Below are positions 38,701 through 47,115 of a DNA stretch of 64,000 nucleotides, piece by piece. The DNA comes from Spirochaetales bacterium (lineage in GTDB: Bacteria; Spirochaetota; Spirochaetia; JABEVK01), in the NCBI GenBank assembly GCA_037142615.1, contig JBAXAI010000001.1, positions 160,001 through 224,000 on the forward strand. Direction: 5' to 3'. The notes under the pieces were generated by a model. The model was not told the origin of the DNA. It saw only the letters and a program-made list of their open reading frames with translations, and did not search any database. The translations under genes and the position numbers were made by a program. The first letter of the stretch is position 1; every line of letters starts with the position of its first letter.

Positions 38701-40468
38701 TGTCGGCGATCTCAAGACACAGATCGCCACCCAGCTCGCTACGGTCGGAAAAGAGAGCTACACGGAGCCGAAGTACGACACTGCGACGTTGCTCACCAAC
38801 CCGATAACCCGCTTTGACTTCTACAAACCAGTTCTCTATTACTCCGAGGGCGACAACGAGAACTTCGTCAAGGGTCTTGTCCGGCTGGAAGTCTCTACCG
38901 AGTCGATTGTCCGCGACATCACGACCGCACAGCAGAACCTCGTGGTGACCACGTTGATCATCGCTTTGGTGGCCCTTTTCCTCGGCCTTATCGGTGCATT
39001 GGTGCTGTCACGCATTACGGTCGGTCCGATCCGACTCCTCGCTGATGGCGTGAAGGTGATCCGCGACACCGAAGACAAAACCCTGCTCGAAGGCCACGTG
39101 ATCCGCGTGAACACTCGCGACGAGCTGTCGGAACTGGCCCAAGCGATTAACCAGATGACGCGCGGGCTGGTCGATGGTGCCAACAAGACCCAGGACCTCA
39201 CCAAAGGAAAAGTCGAGCAGAAGACCCTTTTCATCCCGCTCGACAAGGACGACGACGACCAGAAACTCACAACGTTCCACCGGGATCTACCGGACATCGA
39301 GGTGTTCGCGTACTACGAGGGCGCCAAGCTTGTCTCGGGGGACCTCTACGAGTTCCGTCAGCTTGACACCCGGGACGGTAGGAACCTGAACTCCCCGTGG
39401 TACGGAATCATGAAGGGTGACGTGTCGGGCAAGGGCGTCGAAGCGGGCATGATCATGGCCATCGCCGCCATGTTCGTCACGACCTTCTTCCGCAAATGGA
39501 CCGAGTCCCGCGACGCGAAAGACACCAAAATTGACAGCCTGCTCTACCAGGTCAACGATACCCTCGAGCCTATCCTTGCCGAGGCTGGGCGTGGTCTTTT
39601 CGTGGCGCTGAACATTGGCGTGCTCAACACCAAAACCGGACACCTTCGTTATGGTCAGGCCGGTGACAACATTCTGCACGTTTGGCGTGGAAGAGAAGGG
39701 CGCTACGAAACCGTACCGCTTCCCAACACCATTTCGGTCGGCGCCATGCCGACCTCCATGCATCGCAACGACTTGAAGTACGCCAACCGCGACCTGGCAA
39801 TCGAGGTCGGCGACACACTGCTGTATTTCACCGACGGTATCGAAGAAAGTCAGAGCCACTACCGCGATGCCAACTGGCACGAGGTCGCCTACTACAACCC
39901 TGAGGATCCCACCACGGTTGCCCCCCCCGGTTCACGGCGGGAAGTGCAGGTAGAAGGGGCACCAGAAGGGGTGAGGCGGACCGTTCAGGCCCAAGGGACC
40001 GAAGACTTCAGCCCCGAACGCATGCAGGCCGTGATCGAAGCCTTCTACCGGCGTGAGGTTTACGAACTCCGCAAGAAGAACAGCCCGGACCCGAACCTCG
40101 TCTACCATTTTGACTTCACCGGTTGCGACGGTTCGGCCAAGCAGCTCGTGACGGCGCTGATTTCGATCGACCGGATTTTCCGTCTGGTCCCCGACCCGAA
40201 GGCAACCGAAGAGGACCGCATTCAACTCGACCTTGTCGAAGACGCGTTCCTGAGAACTCATTTCGCGGAATACGAGCGATACTTCCGCGACGGTTACCAG
40301 ACCTACGAGAAGGCCGACAAAGCGAAAGGGGATCTCGCCGACGCCGAAGGCAACAAACTCGTCGGTGGCAAGCGCGTCATTCAGGACCCCGCCTACATCT
40401 GGTATAACCACCTCAAGGAAGACCATCAGTTCGACGACCTGACGCTGCTGGCGATTCGGCGCAAATGA
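35729..40468 (+). CDS. Membrane HAMP + SpoIIE/PP2C phosphatase with large extracytoplasmic BNR/Ig domains
   Basis: Signal peptide, BNR-like RSKDQGNTF and DSLDGGLSW, Ig-like RVRDLAGNWS and FDEAGNQG, three TMs, HAMP TRDELSELAQAINQMTRGL, and PP2C motifs SGDLY, GDVSGKG, FTDGI and DDLTLL. Confidence 0.9.
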   Translation: MTGVKRWMLTVLLAGMSSLLGAQTTFWDDPETLGFKASAFPVTVGNAQEAGAFWQVKAGVEGGWPQYYLAFVHRHLGDQTWSAPRNVLGPFTLTGGDSQFYSALWTASGDLWVAALDKEGQVTIFRSKDQGNTFASEDVLTSPRTQTLLVPRLFLNAADEPLLVVNEADDVSIRLSSALFHGGVWSDLKPLAPASETLSSYQISVSAHGSVLTAVYQSPNSRNNYQIYRRDSLDGGLSWGPSVLLSDFDPTVNPDLYDNQRPNALWYKDRLYVVWERKTAGTQTLLQWLAFDNAGKVVPGSARELTTNDYSSRNPQLFSFGGRLQMTWFENQSRAYNQTLATWNAEVASFTSKVLSDSPGNNYLGQAIGLGSDLYVFWQSVFGSGTAATSQVVVRGPDLRVAAPTIVPVNFLAGRASSNADFRVQILYPRDISGITGASWSFGKDSAQVPEPVVTLTGKDPTLVVHDSLEGETWLAVRVRDLAGNWSAPALQKLVLDLTPPGSVLFRLPAVDTEGYLTSNTFDLSWDTSTGETSAWSWRLDRIGDFAVPATLQKLKLDRAPLTPTGAVAQFSRTNLEDGVWSLTVAAFDEAGNQGPSSSFFFRLNKYKPFTLINRVVISEDDFQRFTLELQGLGFTAGGRVTTVVLDRDGKAPWDYQLAPATLTNTVITARAADLQQGVYRIGVLHSVRGPTFATKTLQVGQNGTVKLGDFRNLDETVWEFFRGVAVYFSVNTAFFWVVVAFLALAIAFSARQLGRVWTEMRRVDRQANDLFTDTYSKRAELSKIASLGRRVSMQRRGLGLTIKFAASILALTIAVILMLALVLGFVITENSRTSLGNALQQRADVLLEGMVSGARSNLPTAENNLSELILLPSQIASMRKDDRHLDAIFATITGRINREPGKKPGYSYLWSTNDPDYLKKIDTPQLNRGVSTWKSTDAVEKAYRELQTSLNQRARQQVGDLTTQVDALNKQIVDYKGSVTDAKYLDLTASVGDLKTQIATQLATVGKESYTEPKYDTATLLTNPITRFDFYKPVLYYSEGDNENFVKGLVRLEVSTESIVRDITTAQQNLVVTTLIIALVALFLGLIGALVLSRITVGPIRLLADGVKVIRDTEDKTLLEGHVIRVNTRDELSELAQAINQMTRGLVDGANKTQDLTKGKVEQKTLFIPLDKDDDDQKLTTFHRDLPDIEVFAYYEGAKLVSGDLYEFRQLDTRDGRNLNSPWYGIMKGDVSGKGVEAGMIMAIAAMFVTTFFRKWTESRDAKDTKIDSLLYQVNDTLEPILAEAGRGLFVALNIGVLNTKTGHLRYGQAGDNILHVWRGREGRYETVPLPNTISVGAMPTSMHRNDLKYANRDLAIEVGDTLLYFTDGIEESQSHYRDANWHEVAYYNPEDPTTVAPPGSRREVQVEGAPEGVRRTVQAQGTEDFSPERMQAVIEAFYRREVYELRKKNSPDPNLVYHFDFTGCDGSAKQLVTALISIDRIFRLVPDPKATEEDRIQLDLVEDAFLRTHFAEYERYFRDGYQTYEKADKAKGDLADAEGNKLVGGKRVIQDPAYIWYNHLKEDHQFDDLTLLAIRRK

Positions 40469-41334
40469 GCCGTGCCCTGCTGCTGGGGTTGTCACTTTTT
40501 CTGTCATCGCTGGCGAGTGGCCAGGACTCGGCACACCAATTTCAGCTGAGAAATGGAGATACCGACCAGCTTCTCCTCTATTGGCTCTTGGATTCGTCGC
40601 CGGTGACGCAGACGACCCTGCAAAGTCGGCTCGACAGCGCCCCCGTAGCGCAGCGTCCTCTGGCGCACGGTGAAACCAGTCTGTTGGAGTACCGCGCTGA
40701 CGAAACCCTTTTGCTTTGTTTTGTTCCTTGGAATCAGTCTCCAGGTTACCAGGATGAGCTGATCGGGGCCGCCGTGAGGGTCAAGACCCTGACTCCTGGC
40801 AAGCAGATTTCGTTCAACCACCAGGCCTGGGACTCAACACCCAGTGTGCAACTTCGTGCCAGCCTTCAGGACTGGGGTCTCACCACGGGGACCTTGGCCC
40901 TTGACGGCAAACCGGGGGACTGGGCCGGCCTCCCCACCATGGCACGCTTCGGTGGAGGATTCCCTGAAGGAAGCCCGGCTTCGGTTCAGTTTGCTGTTAC
41001 TGACCAGGCACTCTGGTTCCATTTTGTTGATCGAGCCAAGCCGGTTGCTGTCACCTGGGTTCTCAAGGCAGGCAACCGCTGGTGGGAAATCGCTTCCGCC
41101 GGAGCAGAGGGCCGGGTCTGGCTGTTTGGCCCCGAGCTCCCCAAGGGCCTTGCCGTGGGAACCCGCTTGCGCGCTGGAAACGATCTCGAGGGGTGGATTG
41201 TCTTGGATCGCCTGCCCGAGGCGGACCGTACGGCTCTGCTTGGCTCAACCCTTGAGTTCCGTCGCCTTGTCGAAAACGGCGCATCTGCCGATAATGCCCT
41301 CATGACAGAGTTTTCGTTGGCAGAGCTTCCATGA
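40465..41334 (+). CDS. Secreted hypothetical protein
   Basis: Signal peptide and LDGKPGDWAGLP (seen in DOMON/CBM9-like domains). ATGA-coupled to both neighbours. Confidence 0.6.
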   Translation: MSRALLLGLSLFLSSLASGQDSAHQFQLRNGDTDQLLLYWLLDSSPVTQTTLQSRLDSAPVAQRPLAHGETSLLEYRADETLLLCFVPWNQSPGYQDELIGAAVRVKTLTPGKQISFNHQAWDSTPSVQLRASLQDWGLTTGTLALDGKPGDWAGLPTMARFGGGFPEGSPASVQFAVTDQALWFHFVDRAKPVAVTWVLKAGNRWWEIASAGAEGRVWLFGPELPKGLAVGTRLRAGNDLEGWIVLDRLPEADRTALLGSTLEFRRLVENGASADNALMTEFSLAELP

Positions 41335-41612
41335 GTCGTGGCCGTTTCTTTTGTGAACATTGCGGCGCTCAGGTTCCTCTGGAAGTTTCGACCTGCCCCA
41401 AGTGTCATCGCGGTTTCGGCGATGTTCTGTGTCCGCGGTGCCAACATAGCGGACCTTCACCGACCTTTGTCAACGGCTGTCCGTCATGTGGTTATCTTTC
41501 CGTGGCCCCCGAAAGGGCCAGTGCTCGTTCCTCACGCTTTGTTCCTGCCATGACGGTGCTGTTGATTTTGCTCGCAGCTGCGGCCGTGGTCGCTTGGGTG
41601 GTTCGCCGATGA
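41331..41612 (+). CDS. Zinc-ribbon protein with a C-terminal TM
   Basis: Four CxxC pairs (CEHC, CPKC, CPRC, CPSC) and a C-terminal hydrophobic helix. Confidence 0.8.
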   Translation: MSRGRFFCEHCGAQVPLEVSTCPKCHRGFGDVLCPRCQHSGPSPTFVNGCPSCGYLSVAPERASARSSRFVPAMTVLLILLAAAAVVAWVVRR

Positions 41613-42154
41613 AAAAGACTTGTGCCCGGGGGCTTTGGATCTTCGCGCTGGGGCTTTCGTTGGCCTGCGTGGCACCAGCCCAGACCAAGGTTCCCTTGGT
41701 AGCGGGCTTTGACGTGTTCAAGCTGGGCATGCCTCTGACCGAGCTCAAGGCAGCGCTGAAGAACAACTCTTTTTTTCTGTACGAGGGAGATCCCGACGTG
41801 ACATTGCTGTCGCGGCCTAACACCAGCCTGATCGATGTGCCGGGCATCACGTATTTTTCCCGTGGGGTATTTCAACTGCTTGACGGCACTTTGTACAGCA
41901 TCACGCTGGAACTGAATCCGGTGCAGCTCGACTACTTCGCCATGTACACGACGTTGAGCAAAAAATACGGGGATCCGGTTGCTCTCGACCCCTCGATCGC
42001 GCGGTGGGAAACTCCGGCGGTGCGCCTGACCTTGGAGCGCCCATTGACGGTGAAGTACCTCGATATGCCCCGCTTTGTCGCCTTGCAGAAGAGTGGGACT
42101 GCCCAGAAAGCCCTTCAGAACCTGACCCGGGAGAAATTTCTTGAAAACTTTTAG
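41609..42154 (+). CDS. Secreted hypothetical protein
   Basis: ATG 41609 overlaps the upstream stop. Signal peptide, FKLGMPLTELKAAL and LSKKYGDP. Confidence 0.7.
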   Translation: MKKTCARGLWIFALGLSLACVAPAQTKVPLVAGFDVFKLGMPLTELKAALKNNSFFLYEGDPDVTLLSRPNTSLIDVPGITYFSRGVFQLLDGTLYSITLELNPVQLDYFAMYTTLSKKYGDPVALDPSIARWETPAVRLTLERPLTVKYLDMPRFVALQKSGTAQKALQNLTREKFLENF

Positions 42155-42587
42155 TGTCCTGCTGGCCTCCTTGAGCCTGCTCCTGACGGCGTGCAACGCC
42201 TCTTCGTTGCCGGTACGTGACTTGACCGTAGGAAAGGTGGTTTTTCGCACCGAAATCGCTTCGAACCCCGCCGAACGCGAGCGCGGACTCATGCAAAGGG
42301 CAACGCTGCCCGAAACGAGCGCCATGCTTTTCGTGTTTCCGGAAGAAAGCCAACGGGTTTTTTGGATGAAGGATACGCCCCTCCCGCTCTCTATCGCCTA
42401 CATCAGCAAGCAAGGGGTTGTCAAAGAGATCCTCGACATGGCGCCCTTTTCGCTGGCAGCGGTACCGTCACTTCACGCGGTGATGTACGCTCTCGAGGTG
42501 AATCAAGGTGCGTTCACGCGCCTGGGCGTCCACGTTGGCGACCAAATGAACCTCGACGGTCTCAAGGGGCTTTCGGAAGCTCGCTGA
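42141..42587 (+). CDS. DUF192 (UPF0127) lipoprotein
   Basis: Lipobox LTAC, ERERGLMQR, MLFVF, FWMKDTPLPLSIAYI and YALEVNQG. Confidence 0.92.
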   Translation: MKTFSVLLASLSLLLTACNASSLPVRDLTVGKVVFRTEIASNPAERERGLMQRATLPETSAMLFVFPEESQRVFWMKDTPLPLSIAYISKQGVVKEILDMAPFSLAAVPSLHAVMYALEVNQGAFTRLGVHVGDQMNLDGLKGLSEAR

Positions 42588-42813
42588 AGAGGTCGAAGGT
42601 CGGGTCAGCCAAGTTCCCACCTAGCGCCAAGTTCCCCGGGTTCAGCAGGATTTCGACCTTCTTTTCCATCTTGTCGAGTTCTTTCTCCAGACCCTGTGCC
42701 AGCTGGATGCCTTCCTCAAACTGTGCCAGCGCCGCATCCAAGGGCGTGGCAGGCGACTTGATCGAGGCAGTCAGTTGCTCGAGCCGAGTCAGTCGTTCCT
42801 CAAAGCTTTTCAT
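42562..42813 (-). CDS. xseB: Exodeoxyribonuclease VII small subunit
   Basis: MKSFEERLTRLEQL..PLDAALAQFEEGIQL..LDKMEKKV. Confidence 0.93.
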   Translation of the reverse strand: MKSFEERLTRLEQLTASIKSPATPLDAALAQFEEGIQLAQGLEKELDKMEKKVEILLNPGNLALGGNLADPTFDLFSELPKAP

Positions 42814-44011
42814 CTTCAATCTCCTTGACCTGGACCAAGGCCCGGCCGCGATGGAATCTTATCGTCAACGGGTCGCCGGCTGTCAGGCGGTCAACGCCTG
42901 AAACGGGCGTGCCCTGCCGATCCGTAACCAGGGCGTAGCCTCGCTCAAGAACCGCGAGCGGGCTCAGAGCTTCCAGCGTGGCCTTCTGATGGTTGACCTG
43001 CACCCGTACTTCGGCCAGTCGCTGCGCCAAAGCGCCAAGCAGGTCTTCTTTGGCGTCGTCAAAGCGCTGATAGGTTGGCTGCAAGACCCGGCGAAGGGTT
43101 TCTTCCAGCCGCTCCGGCCGATAGTCGGTCAGGGCCAGTCGCGTTCGCTCCAGTCGGGACCTGATCAACTGCGCCAGATCCGTTCGGGTTGAGGCCAACG
43201 CAGGCCTTAACACCGACCAAGTCCGAGCCAAGGTTTCGGCTGCTGCCGTGGGGGTCGGGCACCGGAGGTCGGCCGCCAGGTCGCTCAGCGGATTGTCGAT
43301 CTCATGACCTACGGCAGAAATAACGGGCAACCGGCAAGCGGCAATACTCCGGACCACCGCTTCGTCAGAAAACGGCAAAAGATCTTCGACGGCGCCACCA
43401 CCCCGACCCACAACCAGGACGTCTGCCAAGGCCTGCACCGAGACGTAGTCGATCATCGTGGCAATCTGTCTGCCCGCCTCGGCCCCCTGGACGAGCACTG
43501 GAAACACCCGGATCTTGGCGGTGACACGGTGATGCTGAAAGATGCGGAGCATGTCTTGCAGGGCTGCGCCTCCGGGGCTGGTGACGAGCCCTATCACGGC
43601 CGGAGCGAGGGGAATGGGCCGCTTCCGTTCGGCGGCAAACAGCCCCTCGGCATCCAGGCTCCGCTTGAGGCGTTCCAGCCTGGCCAGCAGGTCCCCGAGC
43701 CCCAAGGGCTCAATCGTGGCGACCACCAGTTGGTACGAACCTTGGGGCTCGTAGACCGACAGCCGGCCCGAAATGCGTACCTTTTGGCCATCTTCCGGGA
43801 CGAAGGGGGTCCCTCGTGCATTCCAAGCGAACCATACGACTTTGACAACGGCCTTTTCGTCTTTCAGTGAAAAATACAGGTGTTTGCCGGCCGTGGTCCT
43901 CAGGCCGGTGATCTCGCCCTCGACGACAAGGCTGGTCAAGCCGGTTTCTAGCAGGTCTTTGATCAGCGCAGTCAGACCAGAAACCGAGAGCACTCCAGTG
44001 GGGGCGGGCAT
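42800..44011 (-). CDS. xseA: Exodeoxyribonuclease VII large subunit
   Basis: HLYFSLKDEKA, GRGGGAVEDL, SAVGHEID, PTPTAAAE and LSPLAVLERGYA. Confidence 0.97.
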   Translation of the reverse strand: MPAPTGVLSVSGLTALIKDLLETGLTSLVVEGEITGLRTTAGKHLYFSLKDEKAVVKVVWFAWNARGTPFVPEDGQKVRISGRLSVYEPQGSYQLVVATIEPLGLGDLLARLERLKRSLDAEGLFAAERKRPIPLAPAVIGLVTSPGGAALQDMLRIFQHHRVTAKIRVFPVLVQGAEAGRQIATMIDYVSVQALADVLVVGRGGGAVEDLLPFSDEAVVRSIAACRLPVISAVGHEIDNPLSDLAADLRCPTPTAAAETLARTWSVLRPALASTRTDLAQLIRSRLERTRLALTDYRPERLEETLRRVLQPTYQRFDDAKEDLLGALAQRLAEVRVQVNHQKATLEALSPLAVLERGYALVTDRQGTPVSGVDRLTAGDPLTIRFHRGRALVQVKEIEDEKL

Positions 44012-44017
44012 GGGCTC

Positions 44018-44046
44018 AGCTTAGCGTTTTTTCTTGCCAAACGCAA
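44018..44046 (-). promoter_or_regulatory. Promoter TTGCGT-N17-TAAGCT, 6 nt upstream of the xseA ATG
   Basis: Reverse complement of AGCTTA (44018-44023) and ACGCAA (44041-44046). It overlaps a divergent TTGCCA-N17-GATGAT (44034-44062) on the + strand. Confidence 0.55.
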
Positions 44047-44070
44047 CAAATCTGACGATGATAGGGGTGC

Positions 44071-45513
44071 ATGAAAACGCTGGTCCTGCTCGCCCATTTT
44101 CACCGATCCCCGTTCCTGAACCACCTGTGGGATGGGCTGACTTCCACGAACAGGATCCGCCATTCGCTGCAGAACGTACTTCCCGACTCTCCGTGCGTAG
44201 AAGTCGGTCCCTTTGCAACCCTTGTGGAGTACTTCCGGGCCCTCGCAACCGCCGCAGCAGGCTTCGAGGAAGTTGTGCTCGCGAGCGCCGATACGCCTTT
44301 CCTACGTGGCGATACCGGACTGGAGTTGTTGGAACTTCACCGGCGTTACCAGGCCGACTACACCTTTGCTGACGGCTTTCCCATTGGTCTCACCCCCGAG
44401 ATCTTTCACCCTCGCATCCTTGCCGTTTTGACCGAATGGAGCCGTGATCGAGGTGGACCTCCAACCCGCGAGTCTTTCTTTCAGGTTCTTTCTCACGACA
44501 TCAACCGCTTCGACGTTGAGACCCACCTGTCCCCCGTTGACCTTCGGACTCAGCGCTTGTCGCTGACGGCAAATTCGGCACGCGGAATCCGGCTTCTTGA
44601 GCGCGTCAAGCCATGGATTTCTCTGCCTATCAAAGAGATGCTCCAAAAGATCGCCTCGGAGGGATCTTTGCTCCGGACGCTTCCGGCCACGCTACTCGTG
44701 CAGGTAACCAACGGCGTTCGCCAGCTTCCGGTTTGGTCCCCCCAGGGTCAGTTCGATCCAAGTGCGCTCACGCGTCGTGACTTTCTTGAGCGCGAAGCGT
44801 GGAACCAACTGCTCGATCGAATGCTGGCGTTTGCCGGCGACCTTACGGTATTGCCTGCTTTTTGGGGCGAACCTTCGCTTCACCCGCAGATTGCCGGCCT
44901 TCTGACTGATGCCCTGGCCAAGTCTGGACTTTCGCTTTGCATTGAAACCTCCGGGTTGGGTTGGAACGAGGCGGATCTCGTAGCCCTGGAAAAAGTTGCC
45001 GACGGAAAGATCGACTGGATCGTCGAACTGGATTCCTTGGAAGCCAACACGTATGCCCGTCTCCGAGGCCCCGGTTTCGAGGAGGCGCTGGCAACCACGA
45101 ACCGGCTTCTGGAGCTTTTTCCGGGCCGGGTTTGGCCTCAGACGGTCCGCATGCGCGACAACGAAGCAGAAATGGAGGCGTTCTACAAGTTCTGGAAGGC
45201 GAAAGCAGGTCAGGTCGTTCTCCAGAAACACAATCACTTCGGAGGTCGGTTGCCGTCTCTGAAGCCGGCCGACCTTTCGCCCTGGGCTCGACACCCCTGT
45301 TGGCACGCCGCCCGGGATCTCGCCATTTTTCTCGACGGAACCACCGTTGTTTGCCGGGATGACTACGAACGGACACAAAGCCTCGGCAACGCCTATGTCC
45401 AAACCCCTGCCGAACTTTGGCAGGCTGGGGAGGCCCTGTTCGCCTCGCACCTGCAACAATCCTATCCCCCGGTCTGCCGGAACTGTGATGAGTACTACAC
45501 CTTCTTCTTCTAG
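44071..45513 (+). CDS. Spiro-SPASM protein (cytidylyltransferase-like N-domain, degenerate radical SAM core, SPASM-type C-domain)
   Basis: ADTPFL..YTFADGFPIGLTPEI, DINRFDVET and WGEPSLHP. CxxxCxxC is absent (VQVTNGVRQLPVWSP). The C-terminus has PCWH..VVC..CRNCDEYY. Confidence 0.88.
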   Translation: MKTLVLLAHFHRSPFLNHLWDGLTSTNRIRHSLQNVLPDSPCVEVGPFATLVEYFRALATAAAGFEEVVLASADTPFLRGDTGLELLELHRRYQADYTFADGFPIGLTPEIFHPRILAVLTEWSRDRGGPPTRESFFQVLSHDINRFDVETHLSPVDLRTQRLSLTANSARGIRLLERVKPWISLPIKEMLQKIASEGSLLRTLPATLLVQVTNGVRQLPVWSPQGQFDPSALTRRDFLEREAWNQLLDRMLAFAGDLTVLPAFWGEPSLHPQIAGLLTDALAKSGLSLCIETSGLGWNEADLVALEKVADGKIDWIVELDSLEANTYARLRGPGFEEALATTNRLLELFPGRVWPQTVRMRDNEAEMEAFYKFWKAKAGQVVLQKHNHFGGRLPSLKPADLSPWARHPCWHAARDLAIFLDGTTVVCRDDYERTQSLGNAYVQTPAELWQAGEALFASHLQQSYPPVCRNCDEYYTFFF

Positions 45514-46447
45514 GCCTCCGTACACCGTGATCGGTACAGCGGGGTTGCCGCCTTCTGCCCAGCGGTTTGAACAGAAGGTCAGTCTGGTCGTGCTGGGGCG
45601 CGACAGCTGGTTGTTCCGTGCCGGTGTGCTCGAGGACTTCTACCAGCTTGGGTTCGCAGAAATCCTCTGCGTCGAGACGGCACCGCTCAAGTACGAGCCC
45701 GAGGAACTCCTCGGGAGGTTTCCCGGACTTCGCCTTCTTGTCCTTCAGAATGAGGTGAGTACGGGCGAGAAGATCAATCTCGCGGCACTCGAGATCCATT
45801 GGCCTCGTTTCCTTGTGCTGTGGGACGATCAGAAAATCCCTGAGCCCGGACTTCACACCAAGATCAGCAAGTTTTGGCAGGACAACACCATGATGCTCCT
45901 GGCGCCCGAGCTTCGTGACAGCGACGGCAAGGAAATTCCCGGTGTGCTCGTGCCAAGTCTTGACGGCAACCATCTGCGCATGCTGACGCTTCCGGGCGAG
46001 GAAGAACTCGTCGAAACTCTCTTTACCCAGGATTTTACCGGCCTGTATGACCGTGAGAAGTTCTTGCGTTCCGGGGGGTTTGACCCCAAGATCCGCGAAC
46101 CCTACTGGCAAAGGGCCGACTGGGGAGTGCGCTGCCACCTGTGGGGCGAAGCCGTTGCGCTGGGGCGGGTCTTCCGGGTGGACCTCCGTACGCCCTGGGT
46201 TCCCGAAGATCAGTCGGCCCGCTCCGGCAGCCTCCGGTTCTACGCCAAGAACTTGGCCTTGAGGTTCTCGGGTGACCACGCCGTGCTTCCGTGGGACCGG
46301 TTTGGCCGTTTTTGGCGCCAGTCAGGGTCGACCCTTTGGGCGTGCCTCGCTGAGTTCCGCGAGGTAAGGGCTTGGGTTCACTCCCATCGTTACCGCTTTG
46401 TGGCCGACGCCAAGATTCTTGTCGAGAGCTGGGGGAGTTCGTCGTGA
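45488..46447 (+). CDS. Divergent GT-A/glycosyltransferase family 2-like protein
   Basis: KVSLVVLGR, GEKINLA, FLVLWDDQ and FLRSGGFDPKI..QRADWGVR. ATG 45488 overlaps the upstream gene. Confidence 0.65.
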   Translation: MSTTPSSSRPPYTVIGTAGLPPSAQRFEQKVSLVVLGRDSWLFRAGVLEDFYQLGFAEILCVETAPLKYEPEELLGRFPGLRLLVLQNEVSTGEKINLAALEIHWPRFLVLWDDQKIPEPGLHTKISKFWQDNTMMLLAPELRDSDGKEIPGVLVPSLDGNHLRMLTLPGEEELVETLFTQDFTGLYDREKFLRSGGFDPKIREPYWQRADWGVRCHLWGEAVALGRVFRVDLRTPWVPEDQSARSGSLRFYAKNLALRFSGDHAVLPWDRFGRFWRQSGSTLWACLAEFREVRAWVHSHRYRFVADAKILVESWGSSS

Positions 46448-47115
46448 CTGCGGTCTTCCTGCAGGTGCGCCTGAGTTCGCAACGGTATCCGCGAAAGGCG
46501 CTGGCCCTCCTGGGGGATCGGACCGTCTTTGAACGGTGTCTGCAAGCCCTGTCCGCCGTCAAGACGGCGTTGCATGTTGTGGTCACCGAACCACAAAGCC
46601 TCGCCGAACTGAGCCCGCTTGCCCGGGCCCTCGGTTGGGACGTATTCAGCGGACCCGAGGACCACGTTCTCGAGAGGTTCGTCTTGGCGGCGCGCGAGTT
46701 TCGCGTGACGACCGTAGTACGGGCCACGGGGGACAATCCCCTTGTGTCGGCCCATCTGGCCAATCTTCTGCTGGCCCGGCACTTGCGCAAAACATCGCAG
46801 TACTCGGGATTTCAAGGTGGGCCTCTGGGCAGTGGTGTCGAGGTCCTGGACGTCGCCGCCCTGGAAACGGCGCTGGCCTCGCAACCGGACACCCACGAGG
46901 CCGAGCATGTCAGCCCGTTCCTTTACCGACGTCCCCAGGCGTTTCGAATTGACCGACCTCCCGTGCCCAAGAAGTTCAGGCACCCGGAGGGTAGTATCAC
47001 CCTCGATACTCTGGATGACGGCGCCTATTTGGAAGCGCTGTGGACCGAACTGAACCCGATCGCTCCGCCGGAACTGGAGGCCGTGATTCCATGGCTCAAG
47101 ACGCATCCCCGCTAA
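46444..47115 (+). CDS. SpsF-like acylneuraminate cytidylyltransferase family protein
   Basis: QVRLSSQRYPRKAL, GPEDHVLERF, VVRATGDNPL, EHVSPFL and TLDTLDD. Confidence 0.88.
   Translation: MTAVFLQVRLSSQRYPRKALALLGDRTVFERCLQALSAVKTALHVVVTEPQSLAELSPLARALGWDVFSGPEDHVLERFVLAAREFRVTTVVRATGDNPLVSAHLANLLLARHLRKTSQYSGFQGGPLGSGVEVLDVAALETALASQPDTHEAEHVSPFLYRRPQAFRIDRPPVPKKFRHPEGSITLDTLDDGAYLEALWTELNPIAPPELEAVIPWLKTHPR

Noticed and set aside
42562-42587. 26-nt convergent overlap of DUF192 and xseB
   Set aside because: Short tail-to-tail overlaps are common in compact genomes, and there is no further signal.
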